A stretch of 64,000 nucleotides of DNA from an uncultured Elusimicrobia bacterium (GCA_903867985.1 CAIPTO010000082.1:7580-71579), one strand, 5' to 3'. Shown: positions 48,042 through 57,291, counted from the stretch's first letter. Notes: generated from the sequence alone by a model not told the origin. Numbers and translations: made by a program.

Positions 48042-49202
48042 ATGAAAAATAAAAACCTTCCATCCTCATCTTTTTGGCGTGACAAAAAGGTATTCCTCAC
48101 CGGACATACCGGCTTTAAAGGCGCCTGGCTCTCCATCTGGCTGGACGCTATGGGAGCAGAAGTCACAGGTTACGCTCTTAAGCCTCCCACAAAACCGAGC
48201 CTTTTCGAACTGTGCCGCGTTGACCGCTCCGTTAAGTCACTTATAGCCGATATCCGTGACGCAGGGCGCCTGCAAAAAGCTGTCCTGGCGGCAAGGCCGG
48301 AAATAGTAATTCACATGGCCGCCCAGCCCATAGTCCGGCAATCCTATAAAGATCCGCGCGAAACTTATGAAACCAATGTCATGGGTACGGTAAACCTGCT
48401 TGAGGCCGTCCGTAATTGCGGTACTGTGCGGGCCGTAGTCAATGTCACCACCGATAAATGCTACGAAAACAAGGAGCATCTCCGCGGGTACAAAGAGGAT
48501 GAACCCATGGGCGGTTATGATCCGTACTCAAGCAGCAAGGCCTGTTCAGAACTCGTCACTGCGGCCTATCGCAACTCCTTCTTTAATCCCAAATCTTATC
48601 GTGCCTCCTGCCGATCCTCCAGTCCTCTAATCCTCCAGTCCTCTAATCCTCCAGTCCTCCAATGCGCCCACCATGTGGCCCTGGCTTCAGCCCGGGCGGG
48701 AAATGTTATCGGTGGCGGGGATTGGGCGGCCGACCGCCTTATTCCGGACATAATACGCGCGGCTTTAAAGGGGGACAAAGTCCTTATCCGCAATCCCAGG
48801 GCAATACGCCCCTGGCAGCATGTTTTGGAACCGCTCAGCGGCTATCTGGTTCTGGCTGAAAAACTTTATAAGCGGGGCCCCGGTTACGCCCAGGCCTGGA
48901 ATTTCGGTCCCGACGCGGGCGACGCCAAAGACGTGGAATGGATAGCGGAACGGATGTTCTCCGCCTGGCCCGAAGCCCCCGGCTACGCTCTGGATAAAGG
49001 CCTTCACCCCCATGAAGCGCATTACCTGAAACTTGACTCCGCCAAAGCCCGCCGCGAACTCGGCTGGGCCCCGCGCTGGCGCATAGGCCAGGCCATAGAT
49101 AAAATAATAGAATGGACCCTGGCGTATCAAAACAGTCTGGATATGCGGGATGTGACCCTTGGACAAATAAAGGAATATATTGCCATAAGCCATAGGCTTT
49201 AG
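48042..49202 (+). CDS. rfbG: CDP-glucose 4,6-dehydratase (carries in-frame repeat insertion)
   Basis: TGHTGFKGAWL, HMAAQP.VR.SY, TTDKCYEN, DPYSSSK, ARAGNVIGGGDW, RPWQHVLEPL. Confidence 0.96.
   Translation: MKNKNLPSSSFWRDKKVFLTGHTGFKGAWLSIWLDAMGAEVTGYALKPPTKPSLFELCRVDRSVKSLIADIRDAGRLQKAVLAARPEIVIHMAAQPIVRQSYKDPRETYETNVMGTVNLLEAVRNCGTVRAVVNVTTDKCYENKEHLRGYKEDEPMGGYDPYSSSKACSELVTAAYRNSFFNPKSYRASCRSSSPLILQSSNPPVLQCAHHVALASARAGNVIGGGDWAADRLIPDIIRAALKGDKVLIRNPRAIRPWQHVLEPLSGYLVLAEKLYKRGPGYAQAWNFGPDAGDAKDVEWIAERMFSAWPEAPGYALDKGLHPHEAHYLKLDSAKARRELGWAPRWRIGQAIDKIIEWTLAYQNSLDMRDVTLGQIKEYIAISHRL
48612..48663. repeat. Octamer array YARTCCTC x6 (family D, right arm) in frame within rfbG
   Basis: CGATCCTC CAGTCCTC TAATCCTC CAGTCCTC TAATCCTC CAGTCCTC CAAT. 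Confidence 0.95.
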
Positions 49203-49667
49203 GCCGTAAGCTATAAGCCGTAGGCAGATTGGAAGAGGGAGCGAAATGGAAAAGTGGAAGAGTCTTGAGGTTTGGCAACTTGCTAATGATCTGGCGCATA
49301 AGGTTTATTTGGCAACAAAAGATTTTCCTAAAGAAGAGCTATATGGGCTGACATCCCAATTACGCCGGGCTGCTTTGTCAGTTCCTACGAATATAGTGGA
49401 GGGACATTCCAGGAGTGGGGATAAAGAACTTGCACGATTCTTAAATATTTCTTTGGGATCTCTCGGCGAAACAAAGTATCTTCTTTTCTTTTCAAATCAG
49501 TTGCAGTATTTGCCGGAGAAGTCTTTTCTTGAGTTGGATAAGTTAACCCAAGACGTTGGCGTAAAACTTTGGGCGTTCTATAAAGTTGTAAAAGAATAGT
49601 TCTGTTCTGCGTATGGCTAAATCTTATGGCCTAAAGCCTAAAGCCTAAAGCCTAAAGCTTATGGCAA
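49180..49667. mobile_element. Putative cassette: four-helix-bundle gene enclosed by inverted family A heptamer arms
   Basis: Perfect 11-bp terminal inverted repeat TTGCCATAAGC (49180-49190) / GCTTATGGCAA (49657-49667); arms 49182-49228 and 49605-49665; mobility is inferred, no TSD seen. Confidence 0.6.
49246..49599 (+). CDS. Four helix bundle protein (23S rRNA IVP family)
   Basis: L.VWQ.A..L...VY..TK.FPKEELYGLTSQLRRAA.SVP.NI.EG..R......RFL.IS.GSL.E. Confidence 0.93.
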   Translation: MEKWKSLEVWQLANDLAHKVYLATKDFPKEELYGLTSQLRRAALSVPTNIVEGHSRSGDKELARFLNISLGSLGETKYLLFFSNQLQYLPEKSFLELDKLTQDVGVKLWAFYKVVKE

Positions 49668-49689
49668 ACCTAATCGATAAGGCTCTACT

Positions 49690-50433
49690 ATGGAAATAAT
49701 ATTCTTAGGCACCAACGGTTGGTATGATACTAAACTCGGTAACGCCGTCTGCGTACTTCTCAAAACCGAAAAATACGACATCGTCATGGACGCCGGCAAC
49801 GGCATCTATAAGCTGGACCAATATGTGGACGGTTCAAAACCCGTTTATCTTTTTTTAAGCCATTTCCATCTGGATCACATAGTCGGCCTTCACATCCTGA
49901 CAAAGTTTAATTTTAAAAAGGGTATGACCATTTGCGCCGGTAAAGGCGCCAATAAAACGTTAAATTCGATCCTTCGCCGCCCGTTCACCATCCCGCTGAA
50001 AAAATTAAGGACCAAAACCGGCGTTCTGGAGCTGCCGGCGCAGGCCGCGCGAATACCTTTTGACGTCAAATGCCTTCCTCTGGTTCACGCCGATCCTGTG
50101 CTGGGCTACAGATTTAATATAGACGGCAAAATTGTGACTTATTGCACCGATACCGGCTATTGCCCGAATTCATTAAAACTGGCAGCAGGCGCGGACCTGC
50201 TTATAAGCGAATGCGCCCACAGGCCGGGTGAGGAGAATCCCGGCTGGCCTCACATGAACCCGGAAAGCGCTGCCGCTCTGGCCAAAGAAGCCGGGGTGAA
50301 AAAGCTGATCCTTGTCCATTTCGGCGCCGACAGATATCCCGCCATGAAAGACCGGGAAAACGCCCAAAAAATAGCCCGAAAAACCTTCAGAAACACCCGG
50401 GCCGCAGTTGATGGCCTGCGCATGGTGATTTAA
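49690..50433 (+). CDS. MBL-fold metallohydrolase, RNase Z-like
   Basis: IIFLGT, DAGNG, SHFHLDH, H, YCTDT, ADLLISEC, HM, LILVHF. Confidence 0.85.
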   Translation: MEIIFLGTNGWYDTKLGNAVCVLLKTEKYDIVMDAGNGIYKLDQYVDGSKPVYLFLSHFHLDHIVGLHILTKFNFKKGMTICAGKGANKTLNSILRRPFTIPLKKLRTKTGVLELPAQAARIPFDVKCLPLVHADPVLGYRFNIDGKIVTYCTDTGYCPNSLKLAAGADLLISECAHRPGEENPGWPHMNPESAAALAKEAGVKKLILVHFGADRYPAMKDRENAQKIARKTFRNTRAAVDGLRMVI

Positions 50434-50677
50434 CTCCGCTCAGTCCTTTGCTGACTGCAGCAAACTCATTAAAAATGGCATATAGGGGAGCCAGTAAGTT
50501 CGCGAGGTCGCCGAGGGGTGGGTTCCAAAAACCAGGGTCGGGACACACCGTGCCCGCCCTTCCCTTCCTCAGCCTCGCCGCTTACGTAAGTCTCGGCTTC
50601 CGGAGGGTTTTTTCCACCCACCCCTCGGCGCCTGCTCCATTGATTCATATGTGAGGCCTGCGCATGGTGATTTAACT
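50413..50677. mobile_element. Structured non-coding insert flanked by 23-bp direct repeats
   Basis: GGCCTGCGCATGGTGATTTAACT at 50413-50435 and 50655-50677; internal perfect 15-bp stem 50509-50523/50616-50630. Confidence 0.6.
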
Positions 50678-50746
50678 TCGCCAGTCCTGCACTAGCTTTA
50701 AAAATGCAGTCAAATGCAACATTTGCGCCAAGTGGGTCCTTTGGGC

Positions 50747-50778
50747 GGATCCGCCAGTCCTTTGGCCCTCTAATCCTC
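50747..50778. repeat. Degenerate family D octamer right arm
   Basis: GGATCCGC CAGTCCTT TGGCCCTC TAATCCTC. Confidence 0.55.
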
Positions 50779-50796
50779 TCATACAAATTGCTATAA

Positions 50797-50984
50797 TTAA
50801 CCTAAATCCTGCAGTTAAAGATAGATTTCGTTTGGGAAAACCGGGAACATGATTATTCTGCAGGATTTCCCGCACACCGGGCTGAGGGCCCAGCGCTATG
50901 CGCGCCTGGCCCGAAGAGGTGTATGCCTCCCGAATGGGCGCCCGCAATGCGGGCGGAAAGTTGCAGCTGCAACTTTTAGGTTAA
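50797..50984. mobile_element. MITE-like element
   Basis: Terminal inverted repeats TTAACCTAAAtccTGCAG / CTGCAactTTTAGGTTAA; GC-rich internal hairpins; no credible ORF. Confidence 0.65.
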
Positions 50985-51019
50985 CTATATAATAAGCGAT
51001 TTGGAACTGAGGGACTGAA

Positions 51020-52534
51020 ATGGGCCTCAAAACTGCTAAAACCGAAAAAAAACTGCGCAAAGAGATACTTCGTAAGGTTTCGGAGTATCATGGCCTTTTC
51101 CATAAGAAAAAGGACTTTGAGCCAGGCAAGTCTTTTGTCGCTTACGGCGGAAGGGTATATGACGGGAAGGAATTATGCAATCTTGTCGGTTCCGCCCTTG
51201 ATTTCTGGCTTACTTCCGGCCCATATGTTGACGCTTTCGAGAAAAAGTTCGGAGAATTCCTTGGCGTCAGGCATGTTTCCCTCGTAAATTCCGGCTCATC
51301 GGCCAATCTTCTGGCGTTCATGGCCCTCACCTCCCCGAAACTTGGCGAAAGGCGCATAAAGCCCGGTGATGAGGTTATAACCGTCGCCGCCGGCTTTCCT
51401 ACCACGGTTACTCCTATAATCCAGTACGGCGCGGTCCCCGTCTTCGTTGATGTCGAAATTCCGTCCTATAATATCGATTGTTCTCTGCTGGAAAAAGCTC
51501 TTTCAAAAAAGACCAAAGCCGTAATGGTCGCCCACACTTTGGGCAACCCCTTTGACCTGAAAAAGGTCCGCGCTTTTTGCGACAAGCATCGCCTCTGGCT
51601 AATTGAGGATAACTGCGACGCTCTGGGCAGTAGGTACAGAAGAATGGAGGACTGGAAGACTGGAGGACTAGCCAAACCCGCGGATCTTTGCCGCTGCCAA
51701 TCCTCTAATCCTACAACCCTCCAAAAATCTGCTCTCTTGCCAATCCTCCAATCCTCTAATCCTCTAATCTTCCAATACACCGGAACTTTCGGCGATATCG
51801 GTACTTCCAGCTTCTATCCGCCGCATCATATGACCATGGGCGAGGGGGGAGCGGTCTATACTGATAACCCCCAGCTTAAAAGGCTTGTGGATTCTTTCCG
51901 TGACTGGGGCCGCGACTGCTGGTGCCCGTCCGGAAAAGACAACACTTGCGGTAAGAGATTCACCCGGCAGTTCGGCGAGCTTCCTTTGGGCTACGACCAC
52001 AAGTATGTTTACTCTCATTTCGGTTATAATCTCAAGGCCACCGAGATGCAGGCTGCCGTCGGCCTGGCCCAGCTTGAAAAGCTTCCCAAATTCATTGAAG
52101 CCAGAAAAAAGAACTGGCAATACCTGCGCAAAGCCCTTAATTCTTTTTCGGATAAGCTTATCCTGCCCGAACCCGCCGATAATTCCGACCCCAGCTGGTT
52201 CGGCTTCCTGCTGACGGTCAGGGGGAACGCCGGCTTCACCCGCGAAGAGCTGGTCAGCCATCTTGAGGCCAATAAAATACAAACCCGCGTGCTGTTCGCA
52301 GGCAACCTTATAAAGCACCCCTGCTTCGACGAAATGCGCCGCTCCGGCAAAGGCTTCCGCGTCGTAGCCGGCGCTTCTCGCCAGTCCTCCAATCCTCCAA
52401 TCCTCCTGGCCTCATTGCCCGTTACCGACCAGATCATGCGCGACACTTTCTGGATAGGCGTCTATCCCGGCATGACCGTAGAAATGCTGAAGTATGTCTC
52501 GGATACTTTTAAATCTTTTTTTAACCGTTCGTAA
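51020..52534 (+). CDS. rfbH: CDP-4-keto-6-deoxy-D-glucose 3-dehydratase (E1), with two in-frame repeat insertions
   Basis: [60 protein letters not shown]. Confidence 0.95.
   Translation: MGLKTAKTEKKLRKEILRKVSEYHGLFHKKKDFEPGKSFVAYGGRVYDGKELCNLVGSALDFWLTSGPYVDAFEKKFGEFLGVRHVSLVNSGSSANLLAFMALTSPKLGERRIKPGDEVITVAAGFPTTVTPIIQYGAVPVFVDVEIPSYNIDCSLLEKALSKKTKAVMVAHTLGNPFDLKKVRAFCDKHRLWLIEDNCDALGSRYRRMEDWKTGGLAKPADLCRCQSSNPTTLQKSALLPILQSSNPLIFQYTGTFGDIGTSSFYPPHHMTMGEGGAVYTDNPQLKRLVDSFRDWGRDCWCPSGKDNTCGKRFTRQFGELPLGYDHKYVYSHFGYNLKATEMQAAVGLAQLEKLPKFIEARKKNWQYLRKALNSFSDKLILPEPADNSDPSWFGFLLTVRGNAGFTREELVSHLEANKIQTRVLFAGNLIKHPCFDEMRRSGKGFRVVAGASRQSSNPPILLASLPVTDQIMRDTFWIGVYPGMTVEMLKYVSDTFKSFFNRS
51639..51776. 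repeat. Complete family D hairpin (left arm plus two right arms) in frame within rfbH
   Basis: GAAGAATG GAGGACTG GAAGACTG GAGGACTA ... CAATCCTC TAATCCTA CAACCCTC ... CAATCCTC CAATCCTC TAATCCTC TAATCTTC CAAT. Confidence 0.95.
52382..52413. repeat. Family D right arm in frame within rfbH C-terminus
   Basis: CAGTCCTC CAATCCTC CAATCCTC CTGGCCTC. Confidence 0.9.
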
Positions 52535-52543
52535 AGGATCATT

Positions 52544-53596
52544 ATGAGAACATATATCGCGGGCCACACCGGATTGGTCGGCTCGGCTATTTGCCGGAAA
52601 CTGGCTGCCGGCAAAAAGCATGAGCTGCTGGTAGAAGATCACGATAAGCTGGATTTGAAAAGGCAGAAAGAAACCGAGGACTATTTTAAAAAAAACAAAC
52701 CGGATTGGGTTTTCCTCGCCGCGGCAAGGGTCGGGGGGATACTCGCGAACAGCACCTATAAAGCCGAATTCATCTATGATAATCTGGCCATTGCCCTCAA
52801 TGTTATAGATGCCGCTTATAAGACGGGAGTGAAAAAACTTTTAAACCTCGGTTCTTCGTGCATTTATCCCAAACTCGCCCCCCAGCCGATGAAAGAGGAG
52901 TCGCTGCTTACAAGCGCGCTGGAACCCACCAACGAGGCTTACGCCATCTCGAAAATAGCTGCTTTAAAAATGTGCCGTTATTACAACGAGCAGTACGGCA
53001 CCAACTACATCTCGGCGATGCCCACCAATCTTTACGGACCGCACGATAACTATAATCTGGAAACCGCCCACGTCCTGCCCGCCATGCTCAGGAAATTCCA
53101 TCTCGCTAAGCTCTTAAAGCTTAGGGATTTTTCCGCTCTCTCTAAAGATCTGCAGAAGCGTCCCATAGGCTTCGGTCTCGATAAAAAAGTGGATTTTAAG
53201 GATGAAGGCTCCATTTGCGCCGCTTTGGAGTCCATAGGCGTTACGGCGGACAGCGTTCTTCTTTGGGGCACAGGCGAAGTTTACCGGGAATTTCTGCACG
53301 TCGACGATATGGCGGCCGCGGCCCTGTTCCTTATGGAGAAATGCGATTATTCCGATATCGGCGAGATAATAAATATCGGCACGGGTGAAGATCTGAAATT
53401 AAAGCTGCTGGCGCACATTATAAGAGACGCGGTTGAGTACGACGGCGCCATAAAATACGATACCTTCAAACCCGACGGCACCCCAAGAAAACTTTTAGAT
53501 ATCTCAAGGATAAGGGCGCTGGGCTGGCAGCCCGCGATCCCGTTAAAAGACGGCGTAAAACAAAGCTACGCGTGGTATCTGTCTTCTCACGCGTAA
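52544..53596 (+). CDS. fcl: GDP-L-fucose synthase
   Basis: AGHTGLVGSA, AAARVGGI.AN, LGSSCIYP, EPTNEAYA..K, MPTNLYGP.DN, REFLHVDD, PDGTPRK. Confidence 0.93.
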   Translation: MRTYIAGHTGLVGSAICRKLAAGKKHELLVEDHDKLDLKRQKETEDYFKKNKPDWVFLAAARVGGILANSTYKAEFIYDNLAIALNVIDAAYKTGVKKLLNLGSSCIYPKLAPQPMKEESLLTSALEPTNEAYAISKIAALKMCRYYNEQYGTNYISAMPTNLYGPHDNYNLETAHVLPAMLRKFHLAKLLKLRDFSALSKDLQKRPIGFGLDKKVDFKDEGSICAALESIGVTADSVLLWGTGEVYREFLHVDDMAAAALFLMEKCDYSDIGEIINIGTGEDLKLKLLAHIIRDAVEYDGAIKYDTFKPDGTPRKLLDISRIRALGWQPAIPLKDGVKQSYAWYLSSHA

Positions 53597-53651
53597 AGTT
53601 TGACGCCACTGGTTTTTGCCAGCATCAGAATTGCCGCCGGAGGCCCAGTTT

Positions 53652-55427
53652 ATGAAGTTGTCGGATTATGTCATAGATTTTATCGTAAAAGAAAAGGTCC
53701 GCCACGTTTTTGAAATGGTAGGCGGGGCCATAACCCATCTCCTGGATTCCGTCCACGGACGCAAGGATATAGTCTGCGTCTCCATGCATCATGAGCAGGC
53801 GGCGGCCTTCGCCGCTGAAGGCTACGCGCGCGTCAACGGCCGGCTTGGGGTGGCCATGGCTACCAGCGGCCCCGGCGCTCTTAACATGCTGACGCCCATA
53901 GGCAGCTGTTATTTCGACTCCGTCCCCTGCCTGTTTATAACCGGTCAGGTCAACACTTACGAATACAAATTTAACAGCCCGGTCCGCCAGATCGGTTTTC
54001 AGGAAACCGATATAGTCAGCGTCGCCAGGCCTCTGGTTAAATACGGAGAGATGATCACCGACGCGTCCCGGATACGCTACTGCGTTGAAAAGGCGGTTTT
54101 CCTTGCCCGCAGCGGCAGGCCCGGCCCGGTTCTGCTGGATATACCGATGAATATCCAGCGAGCTGAAATAAATCCCAAAAAACTGAAAGGTTTTTTCGGC
54201 ACTCCTGAACACCGGCGTCTGGCAAAAATAAATGCGCCGTCTCAGGCTGTTATCGCAAGGATAGTAAAGTTGATTTCCGCCGCCAAACGCCCGGTGATAC
54301 TCGCCGGCGGCGGAGTGCGAACCTCCGGCGCTGCGGCGGAGCTGGAAATTTTGGTAAAAAAAACCGGTATTCCCGTGGTCACTTCCCTTATGGGTTTGGA
54401 CTCCTTCGCCCACGATGATCCGTCGTTTGCGGGCATGATAGGCGCTTACGGCAACCGCTACGCAAACCTGGCCTTGGCCAATTCAGATCTGCTGCTCGTC
54501 CTCGGTTCCAGGCTTGATAACCGCCAGACCGGCACAAAACCCGCAACTTTCGCGCGCGGCGCCGTTAAGATCCATGTTGATATTGACCCCGTAGAACTTA
54601 ACGCCAAGGTTAAAACGGACATTGCGCTTAATTGCGATGCGCGGGTTTTTATTAAAGCCCTTAATTCCGCGCTAAGCGCCCGGCCGCGTTCGGCGCTTGC
54701 GCCCTGGTATAAAGTTATGGACGACTGCCGCCTCAGGTATCCGGCGTCCGAAAGCAAAAATCCCGGCGGAGATATTCAGCCCAACAATTTCATGGCGTTT
54801 CTGTCAGCCCGCGCTAAAGGCAGCGACATCGTTTGTCTTGACGTCGGGCAGAATCAGATGTGGGCCGCTCAGTCCTTTAAAGTTAAGAAAGGGCAAAGGA
54901 TGCTGGTTTCCGGCGGGATGGGGTCAATGGGTTTTTCGATGCCGGCGGCGATAGGCGCCGTTCTCGCGGCTCCGGGAAAAAGAGCGCTGGTGATCTGCGG
55001 CGACGGCGGCATACAGGTGAATATCCAGGATATGGACGCTCTTGTGAAACTCCGGCTTCCGGTTAAGATAGTCATAATGAATAACGGCTGTCTTGGCATG
55101 GTCAGGCAGTTTCAGGATATATACTTCGGGGGCAGACGGCAATCCACGGAGATCGGTTACCATTGCCCCGATATTAAAAAGATCGCAGTCGCTTATGGCG
55201 TCAAAGTCTACACCATACGCGCCATGGGTCAGGCGGGGAAAGTCCTTGATTCCGCCTTAAATTATAACGGGCCGGTTTTGATAGACGTGAAGCTGGGGAA
55301 AAATACGACCGTTGACCCTAAACTGACCGTTAATTGCCCCATAGAGGATATGTCGCCGCATTTGTCCCCTGAGGTCCTGGAAAAAGAGATGATCGTTAAG
55401 GCGGCGCCGGATAAACGGAAAATATGA
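53652..55427 (+). CDS. Thiamine-diphosphate enzyme, acetolactate-synthase-like (YerE-like in this context)
   Basis: HHEQAAAFAAEGYAR, TSGPGA.N, ITGQV, RPGPVLLDIP, GDGG...N, NN..LGMVRQ.Q; start at ATG 53652. Confidence 0.85.
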   Translation: MKLSDYVIDFIVKEKVRHVFEMVGGAITHLLDSVHGRKDIVCVSMHHEQAAAFAAEGYARVNGRLGVAMATSGPGALNMLTPIGSCYFDSVPCLFITGQVNTYEYKFNSPVRQIGFQETDIVSVARPLVKYGEMITDASRIRYCVEKAVFLARSGRPGPVLLDIPMNIQRAEINPKKLKGFFGTPEHRRLAKINAPSQAVIARIVKLISAAKRPVILAGGGVRTSGAAAELEILVKKTGIPVVTSLMGLDSFAHDDPSFAGMIGAYGNRYANLALANSDLLLVLGSRLDNRQTGTKPATFARGAVKIHVDIDPVELNAKVKTDIALNCDARVFIKALNSALSARPRSALAPWYKVMDDCRLRYPASESKNPGGDIQPNNFMAFLSARAKGSDIVCLDVGQNQMWAAQSFKVKKGQRMLVSGGMGSMGFSMPAAIGAVLAAPGKRALVICGDGGIQVNIQDMDALVKLRLPVKIVIMNNGCLGMVRQFQDIYFGGRRQSTEIGYHCPDIKKIAVAYGVKVYTIRAMGQAGKVLDSALNYNGPVLIDVKLGKNTTVDPKLTVNCPIEDMSPHLSPEVLEKEMIVKAAPDKRKI

Positions 55428-56347
55428 AAAACAGGATCCTGATAACCGGCGCTTCCGGGTTCATCGGCCGCAATCTTACCGAGCGCCTTTCGGCTAAAGG
55501 ACAACAGGTGTTCCAGGCGGATCTGCCGGGGCTTGATCTTGCCGATGAAGCCGCTGTTATGGCGGCCTTTGATGATTTTTCACCGGAAGTCGTTATACAT
55601 TGCGCCAATGTAGGCGGTACCAGAGCTTCCGAGTCTGATAAAGCTGCCGCTGATAAAGCTTTCGCGCTTAACATGCGCATATTTTTTAACCTGGCGCGCT
55701 GTCTTAAACCGGGCATGCGCATGATCGCCATGGGCAGCGGAGCTGAATATGACAAGCGCCGTCCGCTGCGCAAAGTTCCGGAAAAGGATTTCGACGCTTT
55801 TGTTCCTGCAGATGACTACGGATACGCCAAGTACCTGATCTCAAAGTACATAGAAAGAACTGACAATATCACCTGCCTGCGAATTTTCGGTCTTTACGGC
55901 AAATATGAAGACTATACCTTCAAGTTCATCTCCAACGCCATCGTTAAAAATCTTCTAGGCCTGCCCATAGTAATAAACCAGAATGTGGTCTTTGATTTCC
56001 TATGGATAGAGGATTTTTGTGAGATAGTCGGACAGCTTATCAATATAAAACCCCGGCACCCGCATTACAATATAACTCCAACCGAGTCAGTGGACCTTGT
56101 TTCGCTCGCGGACATGGTGAACGCCGCGGGTAAAAAAAAGAGCGAAATCAAGGTTCTTGCACCCGGGCTTAACAGGGAATATACCGGCGATAATACCCGT
56201 CTGATCTCCGAACTGCCGGAGCTCAAATTTACGCCTTATCTGCCGGCCATTAAAAAGCTTTACGCCTACTACAGCGAAAACCTTGAGAAATTGGATCTTG
56301 CCGCGGTAAAGGCGGACCCATACCTTAAAAATTGCAAGACGGCATAA
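55424..56347 (+). CDS. NAD-dependent epimerase/reductase (NDP-sugar SDR)
   Basis: GASGFIG, GSGAEY, YGYAK. Confidence 0.85.
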   Translation: MKNRILITGASGFIGRNLTERLSAKGQQVFQADLPGLDLADEAAVMAAFDDFSPEVVIHCANVGGTRASESDKAAADKAFALNMRIFFNLARCLKPGMRMIAMGSGAEYDKRRPLRKVPEKDFDAFVPADDYGYAKYLISKYIERTDNITCLRIFGLYGKYEDYTFKFISNAIVKNLLGLPIVINQNVVFDFLWIEDFCEIVGQLINIKPRHPHYNITPTESVDLVSLADMVNAAGKKKSEIKVLAPGLNREYTGDNTRLISELPELKFTPYLPAIKKLYAYYSENLEKLDLAAVKADPYLKNCKTA

Positions 56348-56348
56348 T

Positions 56349-57290
56349 ATGACAAATAGCAAACCCCGCGTATTTTTAACCGGCGGTTCGGGAATGGTCG
56401 GGCACAATATCCTGGAACATCCCGCGGCTTCAAAACTTGAGATCTTCGCGCCGGATATTCCGGAATTGAACCTTTTTGATTACAACGCCGTCCGGGCTTA
56501 TATGGCCAGGATCAAGCCTGACATCGTTATCCACGCCGCCGGCCGCGTGGGCGGCATACAGGCCAATATGGCCCATCCCGTGGCCTTTCTGCTGGAGAAT
56601 CTTGATATGGGCCGCAATACGGTCTGGGCCGCCTGCAACTGCGGCGTCAAGAAGTTTATAAATCTCGGCAGTTCCTGTATGTATCCGCGCAACGCGCCCA
56701 ATCCCCTTAAAGAAGAAATGGTGCTGCAGGGCGAACTTGAACCCACAAACGAGGGCTACGCCCTGGCAAAGACCGTAGTATCACGGTTGGCCGCCTATAT
56801 TTCAAAAGAGGCTCCTGAATTCCGCTATAAAACCCTTATTCCCTGCAACCTCTATGGCCGCTGGGATAAGTTCGCGCCTGAAAATTCACACATGATCCCC
56901 GCGGTCATACGCAAACTGCATCTGGCCAAGCTGAATAAGGAAAAAACGGTGGAGATCTGGGGCGACGGACTGGCCAGGAGGGAATTCATGTACGCCGGAG
57001 ATATCGCCGACTGTATCCATCGCGCCATAACCGATTTTGACACCCTGCCGGCTCTGATGAATGTCGGCTTGGGGCTTGATAATTCCGTTAACGACTATTA
57101 TCTGACCGTGGCCGAAGTTGTGGGCTACAAGGGCGCCTTCACTCATGACCTCTCCAAGCCGGCCGGCATGAAGCAAAAGCTGATAGATACGACCCGCCAG
57201 ACCGCCTGGGGCTGGCAGCCGAAAACCACCCTGAAAGAAGGAATAGCCAAGGCGTATGAGTTTTTTTTACAGCACGCGGTAAAGCAGTGA
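56349..57290 (+). CDS. Second Fcl-family epimerase/reductase (ColC-like)
   Basis: GGSGMVG, AAGRVGGIQAN, LGSSCMYP, EPTNEGYALAK, PCNLYG..DKF, WGDG.ARREF. Confidence 0.85.
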   Translation: MTNSKPRVFLTGGSGMVGHNILEHPAASKLEIFAPDIPELNLFDYNAVRAYMARIKPDIVIHAAGRVGGIQANMAHPVAFLLENLDMGRNTVWAACNCGVKKFINLGSSCMYPRNAPNPLKEEMVLQGELEPTNEGYALAKTVVSRLAAYISKEAPEFRYKTLIPCNLYGRWDKFAPENSHMIPAVIRKLHLAKLNKEKTVEIWGDGLARREFMYAGDIADCIHRAITDFDTLPALMNVGLGLDNSVNDYYLTVAEVVGYKGAFTHDLSKPAGMKQKLIDTTRQTAWGWQPKTTLKEGIAKAYEFFLQHAVKQ

Positions 57291-57291
57291 G

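Noticed and set aside
28641-49599. Complete DGR (DUF1566 target plus Avd-like gene)
   Set aside because: No reverse transcriptase or template repeat in the window, the genes are 20 kb apart, and the four-helix protein matches the IVP family motif.
50448-50947. Short ORFs between the MBL gene and rfbH
   Set aside because: They overlie palindromic MITE-like DNA and repeat arms, and have no protein-like features.
53100-53260. Long insert in fcl after KFHLAK as another repeat insertion
   Set aside because: No 7/8-bp periodicity; it resembles a long-loop Fcl subtype.
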